A stretch of 64,000 bases of DNA from Eledone cirrhosa (Eukaryota): the NCBI GenBank assembly GCA_964016885.1, contig OZ024744.1, positions 89,280,001 to 89,344,000 on the forward strand, in the 5' to 3' direction. The notes below the pieces were generated by a model that was not told the origin of the DNA, searched no databases, and was given only the letters and a program-made list of their open reading frames with translations. Shown in pieces: positions 52,301 through 64,000 of this stretch. Each line of letters starts with the position of its first letter. The first letter of the stretch is position 1. A program made the translations under genes and the position numbers.

Positions 52301-54910
52301 ATCACGAATTTGTGGTCCGTGTAGCTGACTATCTTGAATTGTGGACAGCCTATGCTAGACCTATCTATTTCCCTACAAAATACTCTATCTAGATATGATC
52401 TGGATGACCCTATGCGATTTGTCCAAGTCCACATTGGTACATTCGGGAAATCCATTCGGTACCTGTCAGACAGTTCAAAACGTCTGAGCAGGTTGGTGAG
52501 ACTCTTGCACCCTCCTTCCCTATCCACTAATCCCACACAATCCCAGCGTGCATCTAAGATCCCGTTCCAGTCGCCCACTAACACTAAAGAGCGGGACGTT
52601 CCAAGAAAGGTCTCCAGACGCCGGAAGAAATCAGGCCGCCCTGCTCCTGTCGGGGCATAGACGGCCACTAACCTGAAAGCTTGCCCGTCTCCGCTGGTCA
52701 CGTCCAGCACCACCAACTTACCTTCTGGGTCCAGGAAGATGGCCCGTATGGCAAGATCCAAACCTCTCCGAAAAAGCACAGCAACTACTCCCCCCGATCC
52801 CGGACGGCTGGGAGATGCGTACACATCGTAGCCGCCGAAGATCGGAGCGAAAGCCTGTGCTTCGGAGATTCTGGTCTCGCTGATGGCCACTACATCTATG
52901 TTTAGTGACCTGAGGTCGTTGAGCAGGTGGCCCTGCTTCCATGACGACCCCAAGCCACGCGCATTTATGCTGCCTATTCTGAGTGAGGTCATGTTGAAAA
53001 AGAATGGAAAAGATGGGAAAGACCACTTACCTTACTTCTCGTAGGGGAAGGACGATTTTTCCATCCTTTTCACTGCTTGTGGCCTCCTCAGGAATGATGT
53101 CCTTATAAATCCTCCTGGAGAGTGCTTGTCGGAAGTCTCCGATGTCTTTGGGGAATTTTTTTTTTTGTGTCATGTACGTTTTCTGTGTGATGCGAGTGAT
53201 TTGTATGTGTGGAGGTGGTGTGAATTTTGGGGTTGTTGTGTAGTCTTTTTCTGTGATGCTGGTGTAGTGTTGGATGTAGTGTAATAATTGCTTGTTGTTC
53301 AAATTTAATGCTGTGTAGTGCGTATCGTTTAGGTTGTTTTGTTTTGTTTGCGTTTGTTGTGGGTTTGTTTTTGTTTCGCATTTTGGTGACTTTTGTGGTG
53401 TAGGTGATGGTGGTGTTGGGGTTAATGGTGGTGATAGTGTTGGTGTTTGGGTTGATGGGGTTGGTGATGCTGGTGTGGATGGTGGCATATCTGTCCTAAC
53501 TTTTTTGTTTCTTAATTTATTTGTTTCCCTCTGTATTTTGTTTTTGGAGAGGGAAGGAAGAGAATTTTTTTCTTTTTTGGTTTCTTTTTTTTTTCCGGAT
53601 ATCGTTTCCCACTCCTCGTCGTCACAATCTGTCTCCAGTTGTGATAGGCCGAGGAGTGGAAAACCCTCCACAGGCGTTAGTTTTGGTTGTGGCGTGCTGG
53701 ATGGTGTAGGCGCTGGTGCTAGTTCTGAAGCGTTGGGTGGTGGTGGTGTTGGTTTTGCTACTGTTGCTGGGGTTGTTGCTGTTATAGTTGCTTCTGTTGT
53801 TGCTGCTACAGTTGTTGCTGCCATCTCTGCTACTGGTGGTGTTGATGGTTGTGTCACTGGGGTGGGTAGGAGAGGTGGCCTCAACCTTTTAGCCTGCGGG
53901 CAGAAAGCCCTTAGGTGGGTTCCTTCACCACAAACGACACACCTAGGTCTTCTGCCCTCGACAATTACCGTGAGGTGGCTGCCGTCAGTGAGGTCTATTA
54001 CCTCTGGTATCTCCTCAATGCTTTTTTGGTCCGCTTGGATCAGGAGCTCCATCCCAGATCCGGACCAGTTCTCCTGCTTTTCTTTTGCTATTGCTATTAT
54101 TTTTGTGTTGGCTTCGATGCCAGCGAGGACGGCCGCTATTAGCCAGGGAATTTCGATGGCCGGTGGAACGTGGGTCACCCTGATCTTTACGAGTCTCTGG
54201 CCACAATAGCTTGGGACGAGTGTGAAGTCGTCACTTCTTAATGGGGCCATGGAGTGTTCTCTAGCCTCCTCTGGTGTTTCAAAGAACACGTCCACGGTTC
54301 CATACTTCTGCCCACGTCTGATGTGGGTTTTTCTTGCCCACACATGTCCCAAAGCTTTTTGGATTTGGGACTCGGATGCCCGTTCCACTCGGCGCGATTT
54401 TACATTTATTGTTCGATACGACACGGTGCATAGGCGCCGATGCTCCATTTTATTAGGTGGGGGGGCTGACCCTGTACCCATCTTTCTTTACCATTTGTTT
54501 GGCATTTTCTAAATCCTCCTGAGTTACCGTAAATGCTTCGAACTGTTTTGCTACTCTGGCAAAACTAAGGGTGGTTTTTATAATGTCATTGTTGTTGTTG
54601 TTGCTATCGTTATTTGTGTTAATATTAATTTTAGTTTCAGTTGTGGTGGTGGTGACGTCAGTCGTCTTTGGTGGGGAAGAGTCCATTTTGCTTGATTTCA
54701 TTTCGACATCACGAGTTAATTTAATTTTTTTCTTGTTTTGTTTCTGTTGTCGCGGTGGTGGTGGGGTGGTGGTTGTCGCGGTGGTGGTGGAGGCTTTAAC
54801 ACCTGCAGTCATTGGTAATGGCGGGAAATGAATGTCTGCCTGAGACAAATTTACTGCTTAATTTTTTTTGTAGTGTTGGCAAACGTAGTAACATTTACAA
54901 TGGTGGTCCC
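49331..54910 (-). mobile_element. Tx1-clade LINE, near full-length, few disruptions
   Basis: ORF1 53027-54848; ORF2 52992 to 49575 in five pieces (GSINARGL, YTDH, KSPGLDGLP, SVRQGCPLS, AYADD, CPRC..ETVLHALVQC); 3' end next to (AAT)n. Confidence 0.95.
53027..54481 (-). CDS. Tx1 ORF1 (CCHC zinc knuckle, Pro/Thr-rich)
   Basis: CVVCGEGTHLRAFC; 484 aa open, N-terminal part frameshifted (54453-54848). Confidence 0.8.
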   Translation of the reverse strand: MGTGSAPPPNKMEHRRLCTVSYRTINVKSRRVERASESQIQKALGHVWARKTHIRRGQKYGTVDVFFETPEEAREHSMAPLRSDDFTLVPSYCGQRLVKIRVTHVPPAIEIPWLIAAVLAGIEANTKIIAIAKEKQENWSGSGMELLIQADQKSIEEIPEVIDLTDGSHLTVIVEGRRPRCVVCGEGTHLRAFCPQAKRLRPPLLPTPVTQPSTPPVAEMAATTVAATTEATITATTPATVAKPTPPPPNASELAPAPTPSSTPQPKLTPVEGFPLLGLSQLETDCDDEEWETISGKKKETKKEKNSLPSLSKNKIQRETNKLRNKKVRTDMPPSTPASPTPSTQTPTLSPPLTPTPPSPTPQKSPKCETKTNPQQTQTKQNNLNDTHYTALNLNNKQLLHYIQHYTSITEKDYTTTPKFTPPPHIQITRITQKTYMTQKKKFPKDIGDFRQALSRRIYKDIIPEEATSSEKDGKIVLPLREVR

Positions 54911-54919
54911 GGTGTGAAG

Positions 54920-55830
54920 TGTTAATTTGTGAGGAAGGCTTTCAGTGGATGTCCAAGGAGGAAATAACATCAAGGAGAAAGAGTAGCCTTAAGGGAAAAT
55001 CCCTTCATAGTACCTTCTTTGAGAAAACTGAATTTAGAGATCCACAGACATGGAACTGGTTGAGAAGAGGAGACCTCAAAAAGGCTACAGAAGGAATGCT
55101 AATGGCTGCGCAGGAGCAGGCCCTCAAAACGAAGTGGTTGAAGCACCATATTTACAAGGAGGAGGCTAGCCCACTGTGCAGGATCTGTGGAGAGAGAGGA
55201 GACTGTGGCGCACATTGTGTCCGAGTGTAAACACCTAGCCCAGACCCACTATAAGGGCTGGAGACACGATGTGATGGGCAGGGTGATCCACTGGCACCTG
55301 TGCAAAGTAAACAATTTACCACATTCTGAGAAATGGTATGAGCATAGGCCAGAGGCGGTGATGGAGAACAATCAGGTGAAGGTGCTGTGGGATTTTAGGA
55401 TACAGACGGACAAAAAACTGGAACACAATAGACCTGACCTGGTGGTTGTGGACAAAGAAAATAGATCGTGTCTGATTGTGGATGTGGCCTGCCCTTTCGA
55501 CACGAGAGTGCAAGAGAAGGAGAGGGAGAAAATTAACCGATACCAGGACCTAAAGTGGGAGGTGAAAAGGATTTGGAACTGCTATGAAGTCAAAGTGATC
55601 CCGATTGTCATAGGCGCACTGGGGACTATCTCCAAAAGTTTCCAGGGATGGTTAAAGAAAATCGGCCCCTTCACGCTTTTTGGAACGCTTCAAAAGGCAT
55701 GCTTGCTTGGAACAGCAAGAACCCTCCGATACGTCCTGAATATCTGAGGCTGCAGGTAGTGGCTTGATATTCAATCCAACGGACTTTCCAGTTAACCAAC
55801 ATCAATGACTGAGATTCAAGGAATAACAAC
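54920..55830 (+). mobile_element. 3' fragment of an R4/Dong-like RLE LINE (second family)
   Basis: EGMLMAAQEQAL, CRIC..ETVAHIVSEC, RHD, LWDF..HNRPDLVVVD..DVACPFD..EKINRYQDL, PIVIGALG; ends in (AAT)n. Confidence 0.9.
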
Positions 55831-55861
55831 AATAATAATAATAATTATAATTATAATAATA

Positions 55862-58342
55862 ATTTCTTTATTGGCCACAAGGGCTGACATCAAGAAAAAC
55901 ATTACAGACGGCACAGGACGGTACAGGACGGTACGATGTGGGTTTTGTGCGTGTAAATATTTTTATTATTTATATAAGAAAAGAAAAAAAAGGACATAGA
56001 AACATATATATATATAAACAATAAAAATGAAAATTGAAACAATGAAAATTTCCCAATAGGGGGGAAACCTCCGAGGGTTACTCGTGGCGTAAACCACACA
56101 AAAGACCACGGCCATCCTGACCACCAGGGCAAGCGCCCTCTCTCAATTTTTCCATCCCTCAAACCACAGACGTATATTCAGAGTGGTCCCGTTCACTCGG
56201 ACCATTCTCGCTACATTCACCCACCTTTCAACAAACTTGCTAGAAGGCAGCACTTGCCTCTCCACCCTGATTTTCCTCTTCAATTGAAACTTGAAAAAGT
56301 TAATTAGGGATTCGCCGAAGGGGAAAGTGTCTGTCTTTAACCCTTTTAACCTTGTCCACCACACAATCTCTTTCGCCATGGCCACCAGGCAGATGAAAAC
56401 CGCCTGCCCTTCCTCCTCGAAGGAAGATGACGAGACCATGGATGTTTGGAAGTTATCCATAGACCCCGCGCTGAAAGTTCTCCGGAAGAGAGCAAACAGC
56501 TGATCTTCTTCGACGCCCAGGATCTCTCCGAGAATGTCGTCGCTTTTCCCCTCCACTAGTCCTCTATAGAACGCCGAGGTGGATGTTCCACCGATACTGA
56601 TGCCCAGCTGGCAGAGGGCAGTGAGCGCCTGGAGACATTCCAGTTTCCAAGCGATATCCCTCGGTCTTTTTCTGACCCAGGACTGCAGCTCTGTCAAGGA
56701 GACGAGCTGTGGGAAAACGTGCCTGGCGAACGGCGACCACACCTGTTCACCATCAAGGAAGCATCAGAGATGTCGCAGCCTCAGCGCTTGTTTGCGCATC
56801 ATCAGCCATGGCATGCCCGGTCCTCCACGCAACGGGCGTTGACAGCAGATGGAGCGCGTCCCTTCCACAAAAAGCGAAAGAGGAGGCGCTCCATTTTGGT
56901 GAGAGTTGGGCTGGAGCAAGGGACGACGGTGAGGCGGTAGCAGATGACGGATGCGATGTACGCGTTAGCCACCTCCGCCTGGCCTTTCAGGGACAGCTTC
57001 CTCTCAGCCCATTTCTGGGTGAGGGAGGCCACCTTACTCGTCACCTCGTTCCAGTTTTCTCCATCTGGAGGTCCGGTCCGAACCAGACCCCGAGCAATTT
57101 AACCGGTCCGTCCGTCTAACGCCCCATGTCGCTGTCGGACGGTATGGACTTTCCTCTCCAGGTGTCGAGCTGCAAGCCCACCGACTTTTCCTGGTTTATC
57201 TTTGCTCCTGTCACCGCTTCGTATTCCTTGAGAGCGGTGCCGAGCATCTGGACGTGTCTGGTGCTCGACACCACCACGGTGACGTCGTCAGCGTAAGCCG
57301 ACTCGGATTTCCCGCATCCTAGTTCGCGTGAGACACCCCTTATCGCCCCCAGTCTGTGCAGTAACGGCTCGAGAGCTAATACGTACAAGAGGGACGAGAG
57401 GGGACAACCCTGGCGGACTGAGCGCATGATGCTGAACGGCTGCGACAGGTGACCGTTCACCCTCACAACTGAGCAGATGTCGTTGTACATTGCTGCGATC
57501 CAACCCCTGAAAGCGGGCCCGAAACCGGCTGCCTCGAGGACCGCCGCCAGGTACCGATAGTCGACCCTATCGAATGCTTTGGATTGATCCAAGTTGATCA
57601 GGGCCCCACCCTTGCCAGGTTCCTTAACCACCCTCTCTATGATGTATCGCATGAGGTGGAGGTTGTCGTGTATGGATCTGTCCGGAATGGCGCATGTCTG
57701 CGCCTCTCCCACCAGACCCTTGACGACAAGCGCCAACCTCGTTGCTAACACCTTGGCCAAAATCTTGAACTTTGCGTTTAGCAGGGTTATGGGCCTGAAA
57801 TTATCGATAACATCCCCCTTGTTCGGGTCTTTTCTCAGCAGCGCCACTGCTCCCCGGCTCACAAAACTGGGAATGCTCCCGTTTTGCTGCCAGTTGCAGT
57901 AGACGTCTGCCAAGAGGTCACCGAACAAGTCTGGCATAAATGCATAAAGCTCGCAGGGCAGACCATCCAAACCTGGCGATTTGCCCCTCGTGTAGTTAGC
58001 CATCGCTTCCCGTATTTCATCGGCTGTTATTGGCTTTTGGCAACACTGTGCTGCGGTCGTCGAGAGCCGAGGCAGTCCGTCGAGGTATGCACTGAAGTCC
58101 ATGCCACGAACCGGGCTGCCACCGCTCCCGAACAGTTCAGCAAAGTGCTGCTGAAAAGCTTCACACATCCGCCCGGGTTCGAGCATCACGCACCCGTTTT
58201 GGTCAGACAAAGACCGAATTGTGACTCTGCTGCCACGTCGCGCCTCTCCCACCCGGGCCCATTGGACGGCTTTTGTCCCCTCGTGTTTCAGAGCACGCGC
58301 TCTTGCTCTGACAACGCAGCCTTCGTGTTTTGCGTTGAAGAA
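55862..58342 (-). mobile_element. Tx1 ORF2 3' half with internal deletions
   Basis: ORF 57116-58340 RT motifs; 3' end cccttgtggccaataaagaa(att)n. Confidence 0.92.
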
Positions 58343-58346
58343 TAAT

Positions 58347-58385
<39 letters not shown>

Positions 58386-58716
58386 GAGGAGGAGGAGGAG
58401 GAGGAGGAGGAGTTGGAGGTGAGGGGGATGATGAAGAAGAAGAAGAACAACAACAACAACAATCTAAAAAATAACTCCAACAATACCAATAGAATGTTTG
58501 GTATAAGTCTTTGGTTGAGCTCCCTGAGCGGCGCCAATTTCAAACGATTGGAGTTTTTTTTGTTTGTTTTTTTTTTTTCATTTTTTTAGGGGCTGGTGTT
58601 GGGTTGGGTTGTTATGGGTTATTATTTTACTAACTTTTGTTTTAATTCTGGGACTAAAAAGTGGCGGAGAGAGGGTGAGGCGACTATATTTATTTATTCA
58701 TTTATTCATATTTATT

Positions 58717-58755
<39 letters not shown>

Positions 58756-58924
58756 CTTGAGGTTTTTGCTTGTTTGTTTGTTTGGGAGTTTTTTTTTTGT
58801 TTTTTCATAACTTTTTTTTTTTATTATTTTAATTATTTGTTGTCCTCTGTATCTTTTACGTGCCATGTATTGGGTTCTTTATTTGTGTGGGTTATTTTTG
58901 TTTGTTTGTTTTCAAAACAAAAAC

Positions 58925-59010
<86 letters not shown>

Positions 59011-59164
59011 GCGCCGCCAAAAACCAAAAACGCAAAATAACTCGTTCTTTCGATTGAATTTATAGTCTTTTGTATATTCTGGACTTTATTCTTCTAATTT
59101 TGAAATCACCTAAAGCAAACACAACACAAGTAATAAAAAATATACATGAATGAGCTTTAGACAC

Positions 59165-59380
59165 ACTAAATACCATACACCCCTTGGCGGTACACGGTAC
59201 ACGGAGGCGGGGTTGCCCAAGGATCACCTGGCGACGAACGTTCTTCCGGAAGGACCTGATGGCAGCCAACATCACCTGGTACGGTCTCGAAAAAGTTGCC
59301 GCTGATCTTGACCGTTGGCGAGTACTTACTGCTCTGCTCGATGCGCCAAAGGGCCCGGAAGAATCTAAGACTAAGACTTG
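59165..59380 (+). mobile_element. RTE-like LINE 3' end
   Basis: GTRRRGCPRITWRRT..DL..ITW..VAADLDRWR; short (TAAGAC)2 tail. Confidence 0.7.
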
Positions 59381-59771
59381 TACGCACTCACATACTTCAA
59401 TACAAACGCACGCTAACATACACACACGCACACACAAACACGCACACACACACACCACACACCATACACACACAAACAAACCCGCACACACCACACACAC
59501 TCATAATTCAATACAAACGCACACTAACATATACACTAACATACACACACAAACAAACGCACACACACCACACACACATACTTCAATAAAAACGCACACT
59601 AACATACACACACAAACATGCACACAACACACACACATACTTCAATACAAACGCACTGTAACATATACACACAAACATACTTCAATACAAACGCACAGTA
59701 ACATATACACACACATACATACTTCAATACGAACGCACACTAACATACACACACACAAACGCAAAACACAT

Positions 59772-60057
<286 letters not shown>

Positions 60058-60366
60058 TAAAACATGTCTATAGAATCACAAAATAAAATATATACCATTT
60101 CCTCTCCCAATTAGCATAATTAACAATATAAAAAATCGAATAGACCAGGCTATAAGAATGAGGCTTCTATGAAGAAATCTTCAACAAATAACCGAAACTA
60201 GCCCTTCGCGTCGGCCGCAACGGAATATTTATCGAATATTTCGACAGCGTAATCGCCCAGATACAGTCAACTAAACAGAATTAGGTGTAAAATAAACTAG
60301 GAGAAAATAGAATACATTTAAATATCTCTACCATGGTTTCATCCGCATTTTGAGTTTTCCAATAAT

Positions 60367-60514
<148 letters not shown>

Positions 60515-60527
60515 TGTATATATATAT

Positions 60528-60932
60528 AAACGGAAAAAAATGAAACGAAATTTCATTTCCCACTCTTAGTACGGCTGTTACGTAAATATAAGTATGCACA
60601 CGTACATACATATATGTATACAGACGTACAGTAGTATCTATATATATATACATACATGCACACGTATATATATGTACGTATGGATTCACCGAACATTTAT
60701 TATAATGCTCGGTGTGTTTGTAAACAAACATCCCGTATTAAGCCGTAGTGTCTAGCAACCATCGTTGCTCGTTTGTTCAACACTGACAAAGGAACGCTGT
60801 ACTAGTTTCAAGCTTATTAGCTATCGTCAGCAACGTATACCTTTCTGCCAGATTGTTGAACGTATATACTTACCTTATGCATATTAACGGCTGAGTAGCC
60901 CAATTTGCATATCGAGTGGGTTAATCGGCCGG

Positions 60933-60940
<8 letters not shown>
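60528..60940 (-). mobile_element. Family A monomer in (TA)n; HHR at 60794-60836(-)
   Basis: acgttg-CTGACGA-tagc taataa gctt-GAAA-cta-GTA-cagcgt. Confidence 0.85.
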
Positions 60941-60974
<34 letters not shown>

Positions 60975-61202
60975 AGGGAGAAAGAGACGATTATGAGGAA
61001 GAAAAATTTTTTTTTCCTTTTTTTTGTCTCTCTCTCTCTTTTTTCTGGGTTAGAAAATGATTAAAACGAAATGTTTTACTTTTATGTGAAGTGTTAAGGT
61101 ATTAGTTGATTTATTTATTATTTAACAATGGCATTTATTTATCAATTTATATATTTAATTATTGTCTATTACCGGTTTCAGCATTTTTATGCATTATCAA
61201 AT

Positions 61203-61290
61203 AATTGTTTCTACTTTAGGCACAAGGCCAGCAATTATCCAGTGCATTACTGGTACTTTATTTTATCGACCCCGTAAGGATGAAAGGCAA
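61203..61290 (-). mobile_element. SINE 3' fragment with TSD
   Basis: atgcattatcaaataat on both sides. Confidence 0.88.
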
Positions 61291-61399
61291 ATGCATTATC
61301 AAATAATAGTGAAATGTATTAGTGTGGTGTCGCACATGTTAAACAGAAGGTGCAGAAAGAATAATGTTATATACAAACAAGGTTTATGAAGTGAAAAGA

Positions 61400-61580
61400 A
61401 AAAAGAAAAAGGAAAAAAAAACGTGCATAATGTGGAACGTAAAAAGTCAATGTGGAAGAAAAGTTAATGTTATTTACAAGCACTGCTTAACTTCAATGAC
61501 TGTGCTTGTAAATAACATTAACTTTTCTTCCACATTGACTTTTTACGTTCCACATTATGCACGTTTTTTCCTTTTTCTTT
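61400..61580. repeat. ~80-bp-arm inverted repeat
   Basis: aaaacgtgcataatgtgg...acaagcac / gtgcttgt...ccacattatgcacgtttt. Confidence 0.9.
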
Positions 61581-61584
61581 TTCC

Positions 61585-61786
61585 TAGTAGAGTGGGTAAT
61601 AGGAAAATGTTTAATCCCGACGGCAGAGCTGAAGCCGTTTCGACGGCTATTTCCAGAAATAGCCGTCGAAACGGCTTGAGCCCTACCGTCGGTGTTAAAC
61701 ATTTTCCTATTACCCACTCTACTACCCTAAGTATTGAGTAGTCTGGTGCTTTATGGTCCACCTGGTTCCTTACCACATTTCCTTCG

Positions 61787-61790
<4 letters not shown>
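61585..61790 (+). mobile_element. Fold-back element with HHR 3' halves (family of 9175-9376)
   Basis: Palindrome 61585-61724, then gtattgagta...ggttccttaccaca and (TA)n. Confidence 0.78.
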
Positions 61791-61856
<66 letters not shown>

Positions 61857-61863
<7 letters not shown>

Positions 61864-62470
61864 GAATTCCAACTTTGTCTGATTTACTCTTTTTATTTAC
61901 AATCCTTTTAAATGTATAATGGTATTAAAATGAAATAGTATGGTAGAATATTATATGTTAAGTGTTAATTGAACAAGTACTTTCATGCTTTCGCAATCTT
62001 CAGTTTACAATTTTCAACTGTGTTGAAAATTGCAAACTTGACTGTCACCACAGAATATGAACCTGAAGATTGCGAAAGCATGAAAGTACTTGTTCAATTA
62101 ACACTTAACATATAATATCCTACCATACTATTTCATTCTAATACCATTATACATTTTAAAGGATTGTAAATAAAACGAGTAAATCAGACAAAGTTGGAAT
62201 TCCTTTTATTAATATAATCTTCTATACACAATCATACACACCCGTGTATATTTATTTCAGTAAAAACTTTTTCCTGAGTTCAGTCTTTTTCGTCGCTATG
62301 GTCACCGCGGCGCTTCTATCGGTCGCTGTCTTCAATTTGCAAAGCTGTCTAAACGTAATGTTATAACTCTAGGGTTATATACCCTATCGAGTGCTTAGCT
62401 GCACACTGAAACTGCATTCGTTAGCTTGGCTGCAACCATGACTTCGTTGATGCTGTACTAAATTTTGTAT
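61857..62470 (+). mobile_element. Fold-back element; minimal HHR at 62058-62096(+)
   Basis: Arms 61857-62003 and 62063-62209; tgaac-CTGAAGA-ttgc gaaa gcat-GAAA-gta-CTT-gttca (palindromic AGTACT). Confidence 0.82.
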
Positions 62471-62625
62471 ATATATATATATATATATGAAAAATATGGG
62501 AAGAAGGCTACTGCGTGGTTGCACATGGGTTACATATTATAAAATTAGTCCCTCATCAGTGATTTTCCAACCGTCATTAATTTTTAATGCGATGAAATAC
62601 CAAATCACTGATGAGGGACTAATTT

Positions 62626-62686
<61 letters not shown>

Positions 62687-62731
62687 GAGAGTAAAACAAA
62701 GAATCCTTTAATACATCAAAAGTTTTTATTA

Positions 62732-62769
62732 GCCGACAATGTTTCGTCCTATTAAGGACTCATCAGGGC
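62732..62769 (-). ncRNA. Minimal type I hammerhead (canonical core)
   Basis: Reverse complement of 63243-63280. Confidence 0.9.
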
Positions 62770-63242
62770 AATCAAAACAACAAGAGGTAATTTCGGCAGA
62801 TACAAGCCAGAAACTCTGAAGAATATGGAGTGTACATACACTAATGTCTTGCAAAGATATACGATAATAAAATGAAAATAAAGATAAAAATAATAAAATT
62901 ATAATAACTAAGGATGTAGATAACATTAAGAACCATATTACAAATATAGTCCAAAGCATATTGGTATAAATATATTATTATTATAATGTATTATATTGTG
63001 TTATATATAATTCCTGCTCTATATAACCAAATTTGTTTAGATTTAAGTTGGTGGCTTTGGACTATATTTGTAATATGGTTCTTAATGTTATCTACATCCT
63101 TAGTTATTATAATTTTATTATTTTTATCTTTATTTTCATTTTTATTATCGTATATCTTTGCAAGACATTAGTGTATGTACACTCCATATTCTTCAGAGTT
63201 TCTGGCTTGTATCTGCCGAAATTACCTCTTGTTGTTTTGATT

Positions 63243-63280
63243 GCCCTGATGAGTCCTTAATAGGACGAAACATTGTCGGC
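63243..63280 (+). ncRNA. Minimal type I hammerhead (canonical core)
   Basis: gcc-CTGATGA-gtcct taat aggac-GAAA-catt-GTC-ggc. Confidence 0.92.
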
Positions 63281-63587
63281 TAATAAAAACTTTTGATGTA
63301 TTAAAGGATTCTTTGTTTTACTCTCTTAATTTTTTGGCTCTGTTTAACTGCATTGAGCTATACCTTTTACTGTCATTTCTATAATACGAAGAGGGTGTTT
63401 GACTCAAACACGCTCCAGTATTCTAATCCTTATATATATATATATATAACTTCTATCGTAAATCATTGAATGCATCTTCTCTTTTCATGATATCTTCTAT
63501 ATTTGGATTGCATTGAGTTCTTCATACGGATTGGACACTACCGTATATTTTGGTAGACTTATCTACATATATATATATACTTCTATG

Positions 63588-63915
63588 TATCTCTCTTTCA
63601 CCTCTCTCATTTCCCTCTCACTTCATCGTCTCTCAGTCTCTCTGTCTCAATCTTTCCGTCTCTGTTTGTCTCTCTCTTCTGTCTCTCTCTCTCTCTCATC
63701 TTCTCCCTCACCCTCCTCCTCTCTCTTTCTCTCTCACACTCTCTCTCCATCTCTCATTTTCACCCTCTCTCTCTCCATCTCTCATTTTCACCCTCTCTCT
63801 CTCTCCGTCTCTCTCTTTTTCGTCTCTTTCTCTCTCTTTCTCTCTCTTTCTCTCTCTCTCTCTCTGATACCCTCTATTTGCCTCTCCTTCTCCACCCCAC
63901 CCCCTCTCTCTCCCT
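63588..63915. repeat. (CT)n-rich low-complexity tract
   Basis: Direct observation. Confidence 0.95.
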
Positions 63916-64000
63916 TTGTCCCCATCATTTCGCTTTTTCGCATACACACATTCATATAACTGACAAAAACGAAAAAATCAACAACAAAAAAACAAAAAAG

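Larger units (their letters stand above)
62682..63435 (+). mobile_element. Young fold-back element with ~275-bp near-identical arms, each with a canonical HHR
   Basis: Arms 62682-62957 and 63054-63330; (TA)n on both flanks. Confidence 0.88.

Noticed and set aside
58515-58540. PBS-like TGGCGCC...CAGGGA on the minus strand, suggesting an LTR element
   Set aside because: Only a partial match to a tRNA-Lys PBS; no LTR pair or gag/pol nearby

Overview
Repeat-saturated, gene-free eukaryotic (metazoan) DNA. The tRNA-derived SINE and microsatellite load resemble octopod cephalopod genomes, but this is an inference. No host protein-coding gene, rRNA, tRNA or CRISPR array is supported, and most six-frame ORFs are microsatellite artefacts. 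Coding remnants are all transposon-derived: six L1/Tx1-clade LINE copies or fragments, R4/Dong-like RLE LINEs, RTE fragments (one with a twin-priming-type inversion), a Penelope-like element of probable Naiad type (RT + GIY-YIG) with inverted terminal repeats, a decayed pogo/Tigger transposase, a MITE and a non-autonomous Helitron carrying a minisatellite. The main hidden signal is an RNA one. By eye I find about 28 complete or degenerate type I hammerhead ribozyme (HHR) motifs in about 14 sequence families, plus half-motifs. They sit in short non-coding elements embedded in (TA)n tracts, arranged as 435/479/540-nt tandem monomers (retrozyme-like) or as fold-back inverted repeats that often turn around at the ribozyme. 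All folds were paired by hand and none has been tested.
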